Shown: positions 18,276-27,046 of the stretch, in pieces
Layout: each line of letters starts with the position of its first letter
Numbering within the stretch: the stretch's first letter is position 1
Assembly (NCBI RefSeq): GCF_036323395.1
Contig: NZ_AP028907.1
Location: 570,001 to 602,000 of the forward strand
From: Pyrodictium abyssi
GTDB lineage: Archaea > Thermoproteota > Thermoprotei_A > Sulfolobales > Pyrodictiaceae
Length of the DNA: 32,000 nt
Direction: 5' to 3'
The notes under the pieces: model-generated
Databases searched by the model: none
Told to the model about the DNA's origin: nothing
The model's input: only the letters and a program-made list of their open reading frames with translations
Made by a program: the position numbers and the translations under genes

Positions 18276-19394
18276 CTAGAGGAGCGTGTAGCTCAGCCTC
18301 ACATCCCTGCTACCCGCTATATGGCTCAGCGCCTCGCACCCCGCCAGCCTCATGGAGCGGAGGCTGTCCCCGTCGCGGTCCAGCACCACCAGGGCTAGGA
18401 GGCGCTCGAGCTCATCCTCGCTGTCGGGCTCGGTGCATGCACGGCGCGACTCCTCCAGCAGCCGTGCCGGGCTCCTCCAGGCAGCACGGTCCCGGGTCAC
18501 CAGCGCGGCCGCGAGCATCCTGGCAGCCTCCAGGCTCTGCGTCGTGATGACGAACTGCTTCCCCCTCCTCGCCGCCTCGGCAGTCCTAGCGGCGATGGCC
18601 TCGAGTAGCTCGGGGTGCATTGCGGACTCTATCTCGTCCACGAGGATTATGTCCGCTAGGCTTAGCAGCAGTAGGTACTGGAGGCCACGCTGAAGACCCC
18701 GGCCAACACTGTAGAAGATAACCTTCCTCGGCCTCTCCTGGCCCGCGTCCTCGACGACGTAGGCGGCCATCTGGTCCCAGTCGTCGCTAGCGAGATCCAC
18801 CTTGAACCTCCTCCCGGCTATCTCGAGCGTAAGCGCCTCTAGGCTCTCCTGCTCCCGCTTCAACCTGCCAATAACCATGTCGAAGAAGTCATACGGTATT
18901 ATACCCGGGGTCAGCACGCCTACGCCGAGCTCCTGGCTAAAACAGTCCCTCCCATCAGCCCTCACGCCTATACCAGCCGGCTCCAGGGTGTAGGTCAGGC
19001 TACACTCCCGCCTAGTCGCCCTAAGCTCCACCTCGACGACGGTAACCAGCTGAGCGCCACGCGACTCCTGGCGAGACTCCCTCGTTATCTCCGTGCAGAC
19101 CTCCTCGCCGCCGAGGGAGACACAGGCCCTCGCCGACGCAGCCCCCGGCGGCACGAGCGAGGCGATTGAGTGCTTCTCGCTGCCACGAGCAGCATACATA
19201 ACCATCAAGTAGTAGTTCGCAAGCTTCACGTCAGCGTAGTTTAGGACGAGGCTCGTAGCCGCAGCCTCAAGGAGACTAGTCTTACCAGCATTATTAGGGC
19301 CGACCACTATGTTGAGCGCGGCACCGAGCTCCACACTATCCCGGAGACCCCGAAAACCATCCAGAGAAACACGCTCAAGCCGCCCAGCAGCCAA
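18276..19394 (-). CDS. OLD/AAA_15-like ATPase
   Basis: LERVSLDGFRGLRDSVELGAALNIVVGPNNAGKTSLLEAAA (Walker A), LADIILVDEIESAMHPELLEAIA (Walker B), GKQFVITTQSLEAARML; probable TTG start 19394 within ORF 18276..19658. Confidence 0.82.
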   Translation of the reverse strand: MAAGRLERVSLDGFRGLRDSVELGAALNIVVGPNNAGKTSLLEAAATSLVLNYADVKLANYYLMVMYAARGSEKHSIASLVPPGAASARACVSLGGEEVCTEITRESRQESRGAQLVTVVEVELRATRRECSLTYTLEPAGIGVRADGRDCFSQELGVGVLTPGIIPYDFFDMVIGRLKREQESLEALTLEIAGRRFKVDLASDDWDQMAAYVVEDAGQERPRKVIFYSVGRGLQRGLQYLLLLSLADIILVDEIESAMHPELLEAIAARTAEAARRGKQFVITTQSLEAARMLAAALVTRDRAAWRSPARLLEESRRACTEPDSEDELERLLALVVLDRDGDSLRSMRLAGCEALSHIAGSRDVRLSYTLL

Positions 19395-20153
19395 GGCTAT
19401 ACGCCACCCTCCCCGATCCCGGACACAGCCATGCAGCCGGAATAAAGCACCCAGCACAGCACTGGGCGGAGCCAACGCCACAGCATGACGGGGCAGGGGC
19501 ACCGCGGCGCCTACACCTAGCAAGCCCGGCCAGGCACCAGGCCCCCGGCGAGGAAGGCGAGAGACCCGTCCCCTAGGCACCTCTAGCCTGCCGGGCGGCA
19601 GCTGCACGCTGCCGGGGCTAGGAGGCCTCTGCACACCCAGGAGCCCCCCGGGCCGCAACCCCTATAGGACGCCCACGGCAGATAGCCGTCGCGGAGGGCC
19701 CGCGGGCCCCAGGCGGGTCAGCGTCCTTGCTCGTCTTCACGGGTCTGCGCGGAATCGGCTCATCATCCCCGCGGGCCCTTAGACGAGACAGCGAGTCGTC
19801 GGCCCTGCGCCGCTCCCCGGCGGGACCAGACCCCGTGGTTCTCTAGCCCCGTGGGCCCCGGGCCCGGAGACGCCCGCGGTTACGCAGCAGCGCCCCCAGA
19901 GGCCCGGCGGAAGCCCCGGGGGCACCTGGAGCAGCCGGAAGAGGATGGCAAGGACCCGAAATGAGCCAGGAGAAGAAAACGATAACAAGCACCCACCAGC
20001 TAGGGCAGCCACAGCACGCCAACAGCCAGCTACCAGGCCCAACACCAGCCCCGAGCCAGAAGCAATAAGCCAAGAGAAGCCAGCGAGAACACATAACGAC
20101 AGCCGACATACCTCACAGAAGGCCATGCCGAAGCTATCTACGAGCCCGGAGGA

Positions 20154-20486
20154 CTAGGTAGGTAGAGCCTCCTGCCCGGCCGGAACCTCTCTCCGAGCGG
20201 TCTCGTCTCCGCCTCCAGGCCGTGCTCCCTGGCTAGCCCCGCGAGGGCCCCGGTGGACCGGTATGTATGCTCCGCCGAGGATGCTGTCCCCGATGGCGCC
20301 CCGTGCCTGCCACTCTAGCCTCTCTGCTAGCAGGCTGAGGTGTCTCTCCATTGCGTGGAAGTACTGGAGAAGGAAGCGGCGGTAGCCACGGGCTCTGCTC
20401 CCCCGTATCCTAGTGGCTAACTCGCGGAGCCAGGGGTGCCGTGTCTCCTGTTTCCAGGCGCGGGCTGCGGCCTCGCATGCCGGCAC
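20154..20486 (-). CDS. Hypothetical protein
   Basis: 110 aa ORF containing RARGYRRFLLQYFHAMERHLSLLAERLEWQARGAIGDSILGGAY; composition is plausibly coding. Confidence 0.35.
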   Translation of the reverse strand: MPACEAAARAWKQETRHPWLRELATRIRGSRARGYRRFLLQYFHAMERHLSLLAERLEWQARGAIGDSILGGAYIPVHRGPRGASQGARPGGGDETARREVPAGQEALPT

Positions 20487-20719
20487 CTGTATGCCTCAGA
20501 GCCGGCCGAGGTCCTCGCTGCTGTGGGCGAGGCCGGCCCAGAGCAGGCTCGAGCACTGTGTGCCCCGCGTAGCCGGGTTGATAGCGAAAGGGCAGACTCA
20601 TTAGTAGCCCACGAATGAATACGCCCTTAGGATAGCCGCTGCTAACGTGCTTTGATGAAATCTGCGAGAGGCTGGTAGGCTTGTAGCGATGCTAGACTCC
20701 TATACAGCTATGGTTTGTG

Positions 20720-20869
20720 TTATTGCTGTGTAGAGAGCTGTTGCTTTCCGTGAAGCAGCTCTAGTATTCTTTTCATTATCTTATCCGAGTTCTTGCTCTT
20801 TGGTATGCGTATTACGGCGTACTGTGTTGCGATTACTATTTCAGTCTCTTCTGTTGTAGCTGGCAACAC
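20720..20869 (-). CDS. Small hypothetical protein (about 49 aa), divergent from the McrB-like gene
   Basis: Read from reverse strand: (GTG) MLPATTEETEIVIATQYAVIRIPKSKNSDKIMKRILELLHGKQQLSTQQ*; below the 60 aa cutoff of the track. Confidence 0.4.
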   Translation of the reverse strand: MLPATTEETEIVIATQYAVIRIPKSKNSDKIMKRILELLHGKQQLSTQQ

Positions 20870-20884
20870 TGGCCCGTAGCTTAT

Positions 20885-22861
20885 GTGTCCAGGAGTCTCT
20901 CGCGGCGATACTGGGTGCCGGGTGTTACTATTTTGGCTGGGGACGCGCCCAGTATAGGCCAGCTGCTATCCATATGCGGCGGGGAAGAGTACAAGGGCAC
21001 TATGCTTTGTAGGCTTATCAACGCCTATGCTGCGGGCGACCGTGGCGCAGCTGTCAGTCTTGCTCGTGACCTGTTCGGGCTTGTTAGGGAGCTTAGCGGT
21101 GCCGGGAGGGGTGGCGGGCCGCGTATTCTCGTTTCTGTTGGGCCTTCGAGGCACTGGCGCGATTCCTTCATGTATGCTGCTAGGCATGGCCTTGTGCCGT
21201 GGGCCTGTGGGTTTACCCTAGAGGACTCTGTTCTCGAATCCTCTAGGAGCGGTGGCCCGCATTATCGTGCCCTCTTGGATGCTCTTGCGAGGGGCTTCTT
21301 GGAGAGGGATGGCGTGTTTGAGGCTGTGCCGCCGATAATCCTGTATTATTCGAGTGGTGTTAGTGTTATTGGGTTTGGGCTTGTCGTCTGGGCTGACGTG
21401 TCTCCTTTGAGGGCTAGGCTATGGTCTGAAGAGCGTTGTCCGCCGAGCGGCAAGGGCACGTGCTATACCGTGAGATGGTATACGTTGCCTATTGCTCTGG
21501 GCTGTAGGGCTGTCGGCGAGCGGGGGGTTGTCGAGCCTGGTAGAGAGTGTGCTCTGGGCGGGATAGAGGCTGGTTATGCCAGGAACTGTGCTCAGAGTGT
21601 CTCCCGGGATGTTTACCCGCGTCTTGTTGAGGCGTTGCTGCGTGCCGTTGATGGCGGGGCTGGTGCTGAGAGGGTGGGGTATGCTGTTGAGCTGGTCTCC
21701 TCCGCGCTGGGGGAGGCGGGGCCTCCGCGGCCTAGCCGCCTGGACGCGTACCTGGGGGCTGGGCCCTCTGGCGTTGTGGCGGAGAGGGGCTGGAGGGAGG
21801 TCCTAGAGGACCCGGGCACCGTGGAGAGGATTGTCAGGGAGATACATGGTAGGGGTGTCTTCCTCCCGGAGCAGCTTGTCAGGGTTATCGTGTTCCTGGT
21901 CGCGAATGGTAATGTGCTGCTTGCTGGGCCTCCGGGGTACGGTAAGACCCTGCTTGCGAGGGTTATAGCCGGGGTCACCGGCTCGGAGCTCGTGCCTGCC
22001 ACGTGTCATGCTGGGTGGACGCGCTCGGAGTTCATCGGGGGCCCGTACCTCCGCCGGGGCGGCGTGGCCTGGAGGTCTGGCTACCTGGTGCGCGCTGTGG
22101 CTAGGGCTCTCCAGGGCCGCCGTGTCCTGCTGTTGCTCGACGAGGTGAACCGGGCTGAGGTGGACAAGGTATTTGGCGAGTTCTTCACGGTGTTCCCGTC
22201 GCCCTCGGCGGAGGAGTGGAGCATCGGAAGCCTCTGCGATATCGTGTGCGGGGAGAGCAGCGAGGAGGAGAGGGACGAGCCCGCTAGGATACTCTGCAGC
22301 GCGTGTGGTGATAGGGAGAGGCTGCAGCGGGTCCGGGATCTCCTGCGTATAGTCGCCACGATGAATACTGTCGACTATGCTACCGTGTTTGGCGTGGGGG
22401 AGGCGTTTGGGAGGCGCTTCTACAAGGTAGAGTTCCTGGCCTCCTCGGACGCCGGGTACATACTAGAGAGTGAAGTGAGGCCCGTGTTCCGCCACGTTGT
22501 GAAGCGCCTCGGCCTGGCCAGCGACAGGCTGAGGGGCCTCGAGGAGGTGCTCGAGAAGCTGGCTAGGTTCGTGGCGGAGCTTCGTAGGGCTAGGGATGAG
22601 GCTGGTGTAGCGGGTATTGTGGTGACGCAGCTCCCGGTAGGCCCGGCCTTCGTCAGGGAGGTGGTGACCGTGGCTGCTCGTATGCTGGCGGCGGGTGTTG
22701 TCGGGGACCCGGTCTGCGCTGTGGCCCGGGCGATAGGGGCGAGTATCCCGGTGACGGTGCTCGTGGAGGAGGAGTCGAGGGAGAGGCTTAGGAGGGCGTT
22801 GGCCGGCGCCTTCGGGGACGCTGTGGAGGAGAAGTGTAGACTCGTGGCTGGTAGGCCTTGA
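20885..22861 (+). CDS. McrB-like AAA+ NTPase with N-terminal PUA/EVE-like region
   Basis: VLLAGPPGYGKTLLARVIAGVTG (Walker A), GRRVLLLLDEVNRAEVDKVFGEFF (Walker B), IVATMNTVDYATVFGVGEAFGRRF (McrB-like MNTxD and sensor/arginine region). Confidence 0.85.
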   Translation: MSRSLSRRYWVPGVTILAGDAPSIGQLLSICGGEEYKGTMLCRLINAYAAGDRGAAVSLARDLFGLVRELSGAGRGGGPRILVSVGPSRHWRDSFMYAARHGLVPWACGFTLEDSVLESSRSGGPHYRALLDALARGFLERDGVFEAVPPIILYYSSGVSVIGFGLVVWADVSPLRARLWSEERCPPSGKGTCYTVRWYTLPIALGCRAVGERGVVEPGRECALGGIEAGYARNCAQSVSRDVYPRLVEALLRAVDGGAGAERVGYAVELVSSALGEAGPPRPSRLDAYLGAGPSGVVAERGWREVLEDPGTVERIVREIHGRGVFLPEQLVRVIVFLVANGNVLLAGPPGYGKTLLARVIAGVTGSELVPATCHAGWTRSEFIGGPYLRRGGVAWRSGYLVRAVARALQGRRVLLLLDEVNRAEVDKVFGEFFTVFPSPSAEEWSIGSLCDIVCGESSEEERDEPARILCSACGDRERLQRVRDLLRIVATMNTVDYATVFGVGEAFGRRFYKVEFLASSDAGYILESEVRPVFRHVVKRLGLASDRLRGLEEVLEKLARFVAELRRARDEAGVAGIVVTQLPVGPAFVREVVTVAARMLAAGVVGDPVCAVARAIGASIPVTVLVEEESRERLRRALAGAFGDAVEEKCRLVAGRP

Positions 22862-24228
22862 AGCCGAGGCGGAGGAGAGGGCTGCCGCCGTACACCGACT
22901 ACCTGGTCAGCCGGTGTGCGAGCCTCTACCTCCTCTTCCCGCGTACAAGCCTGTACTCCATGTCGGCTGGTAGGCCCGGGTACGTGGACACGGTGGTATC
23001 GCTGCTAGCGGCCCACTACATCCTGGTCTACGCGGCGAGGGCCGCGAGGAGCCTTGTCGTGGAGATGCACCGTGTGCTGAGCAGCACTGAGGTAGCGGAG
23101 TCTTACAGCCCTGCAGGCTACCTGGACGTGGCTGCGTCGGCCCGGAGCCTCATGAGGCTCGGTCCCCCGGTGTGGAGGCGGGTGAAGCGCGGCCCCGCCC
23201 CCGTCGACCGCCTATGCCTTTGCGGGCTCTTTGCGAGGATACTCTCCGCGGCGGAGAAGCTCAGCGAGAACACCGGCAGGGTCTACGACCACATGAGAAG
23301 CGTTTACGGGGTAGACGTCGAGGGTTCCCGCCCCCTGAGGCGTCTGCGGCGCCGCGCCGAGAGGGCGAGGGAGGACCTGGCGAGGATGGCTCTGCGCGAG
23401 TGCGGCCGCCTAGCCGCTGCGGGGACGAGTGTCTGCCGGGACGCGTTCACCCGGAGGGGCGGGAGGCTGAGCAGGTACTTCAACATCCTCGTGGATATCG
23501 TGGCGTCTCTCGAGAAGGCGGTGGAGGAGGGCAGGGTGGACCTCGACATTAGGGCTCGGGGCGCCGAGGCCGGCCAGGCGGCCCGGAAGCTGGCTCTCCG
23601 GATGGCTGTTGAGCGGCTGTACGAGCTCTACACGCTCTACATAGTCCTACGGGCCCTCTCAAGGCTCGGCGAGGTCCGGAGCGAGGACAGCACTATACTC
23701 GTCGAGTTCGGAAAAGGCATACGCGTATTCTACAATAGCCGCCCGAAGGCCGGAGACAAGCCTCTGAGCAGAGTAGCGCTAGGCGAATCCGACCACCTAG
23801 ACGACGGGGACCTGGAGAGGCTCTCGGGTATACCCGATATAACACTCGTCATAAACAACAGGGTGAAGGTAGTCATAGAGGTCAAGCACAGCTACAACAT
23901 AGGCTACCTGGCGCTCGCCAGGTTCAAGACCATAGCGTACATACACGAGTACGACGCGGACGCAGGGATACTAGTATACCCTGGCCTAAGCCATACACGG
24001 AAGAGAGGACAGGCTCGCGGGATGCTCGACGAGGAGTACGAGGCTACACGGACAGTCCTAGAGAGGGCCGAGACAAGAGGACACGCCACGATAAGACTTA
24101 GGGACAATGCAAGCCTCTACATCATGCCCCTCATCCCCGAGGAGAAGCGAGAACAAGACAACGTAGACAAAATGTACAAAGTCCTAAACAGCATCATACG
24201 AGAAGCAGACGCCTCAGGACTAGCTTAG
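22858..24228 (+). CDS. PD-(D/E)XK nuclease-like partner of the McrB-like NTPase
   Basis: SGIPDITLVINNRVKVVIEVKHSYNIGYLALARFKTIAYIHEYDA; TTG start overlaps the upstream TGA (ttga). Confidence 0.8.
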   Translation: MKPRRRRGLPPYTDYLVSRCASLYLLFPRTSLYSMSAGRPGYVDTVVSLLAAHYILVYAARAARSLVVEMHRVLSSTEVAESYSPAGYLDVAASARSLMRLGPPVWRRVKRGPAPVDRLCLCGLFARILSAAEKLSENTGRVYDHMRSVYGVDVEGSRPLRRLRRRAERAREDLARMALRECGRLAAAGTSVCRDAFTRRGGRLSRYFNILVDIVASLEKAVEEGRVDLDIRARGAEAGQAARKLALRMAVERLYELYTLYIVLRALSRLGEVRSEDSTILVEFGKGIRVFYNSRPKAGDKPLSRVALGESDHLDDGDLERLSGIPDITLVINNRVKVVIEVKHSYNIGYLALARFKTIAYIHEYDADAGILVYPGLSHTRKRGQARGMLDEEYEATRTVLERAETRGHATIRLRDNASLYIMPLIPEEKREQDNVDKMYKVLNSIIREADASGLA

Positions 24229-24333
24229 GACCTCGCTAGCTGGATGCTGAAGGTACTCTGCCCAGAGCCAGTTAAGTCATCACCCGTCAGCCACACTATA
24301 GCCTCAGGCGAAGTCTGTTACTTTCTCAGTGTC

Positions 24334-24528
24334 CTAAGTAAGGATCCTAGCTAGCTCGCTAACTAGTTGATTGAAGCCCTCAAGTGGCTTGCTACATTGT
24401 CTCTGGATCTCTTCATAGAGTTTGGGGTCGTTCTCTTCTATAGCGCTGAGGATATCCTCTGCAGGGTTCTGCCGCGACGTTATCAAGGCTTGTACATTGC
24501 CACGTAGACCTTTAAGATAGCTCTTCAA
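24334..24528 (-). CDS. Hypothetical protein
   Basis: 64 aa ORF in an AT-richer stretch. Confidence 0.35.
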   Translation of the reverse strand: MKSYLKGLRGNVQALITSRQNPAEDILSAIEENDPKLYEEIQRQCSKPLEGFNQLVSELARILT

Positions 24529-24649
24529 AGACCAGAGTTAAATAGAGCGAAATAAACCGCACTTATGATTCGCCGAATCACTACTTCATTTAACTTATGT
24601 CTCTCGTTCTTTAACATCCTCATAAAGTATTCTAGGAGCCTACGTGGAT

Positions 24650-24868
24650 TCAGCTCCTCCGGGTCCTGAGTGCTTGCTTGCATACTAGCGCCACCCGTCC
24701 AGCAACGTCGTCAAAGCCTTCGCTGACAAGCTGTTTCTTGACTGTCCTCGAAAGAATCTTCCACTCATCCCAGCCACAGTCTTCAATATAGATTCCGATG
24801 AACTGGGGTTGCCCCGTCTCTAAATCCTCCACAAGATTTATGCTAGTTACCTTAAGTTCTAGGTACAT
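24650..24868 (-). CDS. Hypothetical protein
   Basis: MYLELKVTSINLVEDLETGQPQFIGIYIEDCGWDEWKILSRTVKK...; overlaps 24852..25145. Confidence 0.4.
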   Translation of the reverse strand: MYLELKVTSINLVEDLETGQPQFIGIYIEDCGWDEWKILSRTVKKQLVSEGFDDVAGRVALVCKQALRTRRS

Positions 24869-25145
24869 TCGTAAGCCATATAATCATGGATGCAAGTTTC
24901 CCTAGGTCTAGGAATCTAAGCCTCTTAATAGCATCTATGACCTCATCAGTTTCAGTGTACCGCTTGAGCGTCGTTAAAACGTCTTCTTTAGACATCCTAA
25001 GCATGTCATATAATTGGCGAATAGTTGGCGTCGCTCTCTGCTCCCTAAGTTTGATATGTAGCCTAGTAGTATTCTCTAGTGTCGTGTCGACAAATACATT
25101 CCTTACCGGGATGCCGAGCTCTATTGGAGGAATGCTAGATAGCAT
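24852..25145 (-). CDS. Hypothetical protein
   Basis: 97 aa; the open frame continues upstream of the ATG (YFNTETLLLGTRLSKSWDRAYM...). Confidence 0.45.
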   Translation of the reverse strand: MLSSIPPIELGIPVRNVFVDTTLENTTRLHIKLREQRATPTIRQLYDMLRMSKEDVLTTLKRYTETDEVIDAIKRLRFLDLGKLASMIIWLTNVPRT

Positions 25146-25252
25146 GTACGCTCTATCCCATGACTTTGAAAGCCTTGTTCCCAGGAGCAGAGTCTCGGTG
25201 TTAAAGTAGTCTTTTTACAAGCATCATAGTGCATCACCACACCACCCTATTC

Positions 25253-25504
25253 TCACTTCTTCTCAACGTCTTCTCGTATCTCACCCCAGGTTATCTTAGG
25301 CACCCACCTTACAACATATAGAGGCAGGCCCTGGATAGTCTTAAACAAGGTATTCTTGGAAACCATTATAGGTTCAATCTCAACCCTAATCAAGTACCTC
25401 CCGATTCTCTCGTCGCTATAGACGACCTCCTCGTATGCAGGCGCTTTCTCGACAATATCCACCCTAGTCCAACCCTCACTAACAGTCTTGCCCGGCTCCA
25501 ACAC
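25253..25504 (-). CDS. Hypothetical protein
   Basis: RVEIEPIMVSKNTLFKTIQGLPLYVVRWVPKITWGEIREDVEKK. Confidence 0.45.
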   Translation of the reverse strand: MLEPGKTVSEGWTRVDIVEKAPAYEEVVYSDERIGRYLIRVEIEPIMVSKNTLFKTIQGLPLYVVRWVPKITWGEIREDVEKK

Positions 25505-26004
25505 CGGCTTGTCTCTGACCTCGTCTAAGGCGCCCTCGGAGGGATAGACTGCTATACCACCGGTAGCATTAACGTCAAACTCTGCTCCAAAAGGAGAAGC
25601 CTCCTCCCGAACCCCTCACGTCAACAACAGCCACACGTAGAATGATTATACTACCCATCGCTCACCTTGACATAACCCAACCCGCTATCCCTAAACCTCA
25701 GCCTATCATACAATATTTGCGTTCACCTAGCATCCCTCCCGCTTATAAAGTAGTATCCATCATGCTTGATAACCTCTGTAGAAGCTAATCACCTCAACCC
25801 GCCACAAATCGGGGATATTAATCACCTAGCCACAGTTCATAGGTCCTCTGTCAACAGCATTCTCCATTATTTCATCTACTAAGGCCCCACTTCTAAACCT
25901 AGTCATGTAGCCGGCCCGGTATCTCCCTGAGCTAGAGACACATAACAAGATAAAACCCTACCTTGAGAAGAGAAAAAGATTTGCATAGATTCTTTATATG
26001 TGGT

Positions 26005-26055
26005 TGGCCCGCCGTGGGTTTGAACCCGGGACCCCGCGGCTCCGGAGGCCGAGAA
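26005..26055 (-). other. tRNA-Arg-like 3'-half sequence (anticodon arm to acceptor), degenerate
   Basis: Reverse strand reads ctcggcCTCCGGAgccgcggggtcccgggttcaaacccacggcgggcca; the loop would carry CCG; no recognisable 5' half. Confidence 0.5.
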
Positions 26056-26064
26056 CGTATAAGT

Positions 26065-26099
26065 AATGTTTCCAATAAAAACCATAAAATGGAAACATT
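26065..26099. repeat. Perfect 10-bp inverted repeat with 15-nt spacer
   Basis: aatgtttcca (26065-26074) ... tggaaacatt (26090-26099), upstream of the DUF104/PIN operon. Confidence 0.85.
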
Positions 26100-26207
26100 C
26101 TTCACAAGTGATTATCTGTTTGGTTATCAACATTGATGGCCTGGAACACCCAGCCTGCGGAAAAGCTAATTGCTTCAACGCACATAGTGTCCAGGCAGGG
26201 GCTAGAA

Positions 26208-26405
26208 TTGTCCAGAGTCATAAGGGTGAGGTACGAGGATGGTGTACTGAAGCCGTTGAGTAGTGTTGACCTTGAGGAGGGCAAGGAGTATAAGGTGATA
26301 GTGGAGGAGGACATAGACGAGCTAATCAAGAGGTACCGTGGTGTTCTTGGGGAATCGTCTGTTGAGGAGTTCCGGGAGCTCGAGGAGGAGGCACAGGCCC
26401 AATGA
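26208..26405 (+). CDS. DUF104-family antitoxin
   Basis: TTG start; LSRVIRVRYEDGVLKPLSSVDLEEGKEYKVIVEEDIDELIKRYRGVLG; last codons overlap the PIN gene start (ATGA). Confidence 0.85.
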   Translation: MSRVIRVRYEDGVLKPLSSVDLEEGKEYKVIVEEDIDELIKRYRGVLGESSVEEFRELEEEAQAQ

Positions 26406-26860
26406 TATGCCTCGATACGAACGTCATCTACCACTTCCTCTTTGAGACAGAGCTAACTAGCGCCTCAGAGAGAATCCTCCGGGAGGCCATTGCAGAGGGC
26501 ATGGCTATCCCCATGATAGTATACAATGAGTTGCTCTACATAGTGGGCGCCAAGATTGCTAGGATGAAATACGGTGTTAGGGGAAAATACTCCTTCCGGA
26601 TGCATATAGCCAGGCACGGATTCCCCGGAGAAGCCATAGAAAAGGTTAACGGTTTCATCCGGGACTTCAAAGTAACCATGCTAAGGGATTATCAAGACCC
26701 AGACGAGCTAGTCAAGACAATTAAGCTCTACAGGCTGGCGCCAAACGACGCACAAATAGTCTTAACCTGCAAGAATAGCGATATAGAGACACTGGCAACA
26801 TTCGACGAAGACTTCAAGCGGGTTCCATGGCTCAAAGTAGTCCCTCGATTCTTGATGTAG
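26402..26860 (+). CDS. PIN-domain toxin (VapC-like), intact
   Basis: ICLDTNVIYHFL...NELLYIVG...APNDAQIVLTCKNSDIETLATFDEDFKRVPWLKVVP. Confidence 0.88.
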   Translation: MICLDTNVIYHFLFETELTSASERILREAIAEGMAIPMIVYNELLYIVGAKIARMKYGVRGKYSFRMHIARHGFPGEAIEKVNGFIRDFKVTMLRDYQDPDELVKTIKLYRLAPNDAQIVLTCKNSDIETLATFDEDFKRVPWLKVVPRFLM

Positions 26861-26986
26861 AGAGATTATCAACCGGGATTATCCTCGGTGAAGTAGGAAC
26901 TAGCCTCCTAGATTCTTGCTCAAATCTTAGAGTTGCGACTCTACTCTTCAGGGAGAAGAGGCCCTGTGTAGGGTGTTTATGTGGGG

Positions 26987-27046
26987 TGGGCCCGCCGCGG
27001 GTTTAAACCCGCGAGCCCCCTGGCCCCGAAGGCCGGCATCTAGGCG
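26987..27046 (-). other. tRNA-Arg-like 3'-half sequence, degenerate
   Basis: Reverse strand reads ccgcctagatgccggcCTTCGGGgccagggggctcgcgggtttaaacccgcggcgggccca; the loop would carry TCG; resembles the 26005-26055 segment. Confidence 0.5.

Noticed and set aside
19779-20157. Hydrophobic ORF 19779..20126 (-) and overlapping 19843..20109 (-), 19945..20157 (+)
   Set aside because: Three mutually overlapping frames, none with motifs; I could not support any as coding.
25903-26178. 91 aa minus-strand ORF
   Set aside because: Runs straight through the tRNA-like fragment and the inverted repeat; likely spurious.
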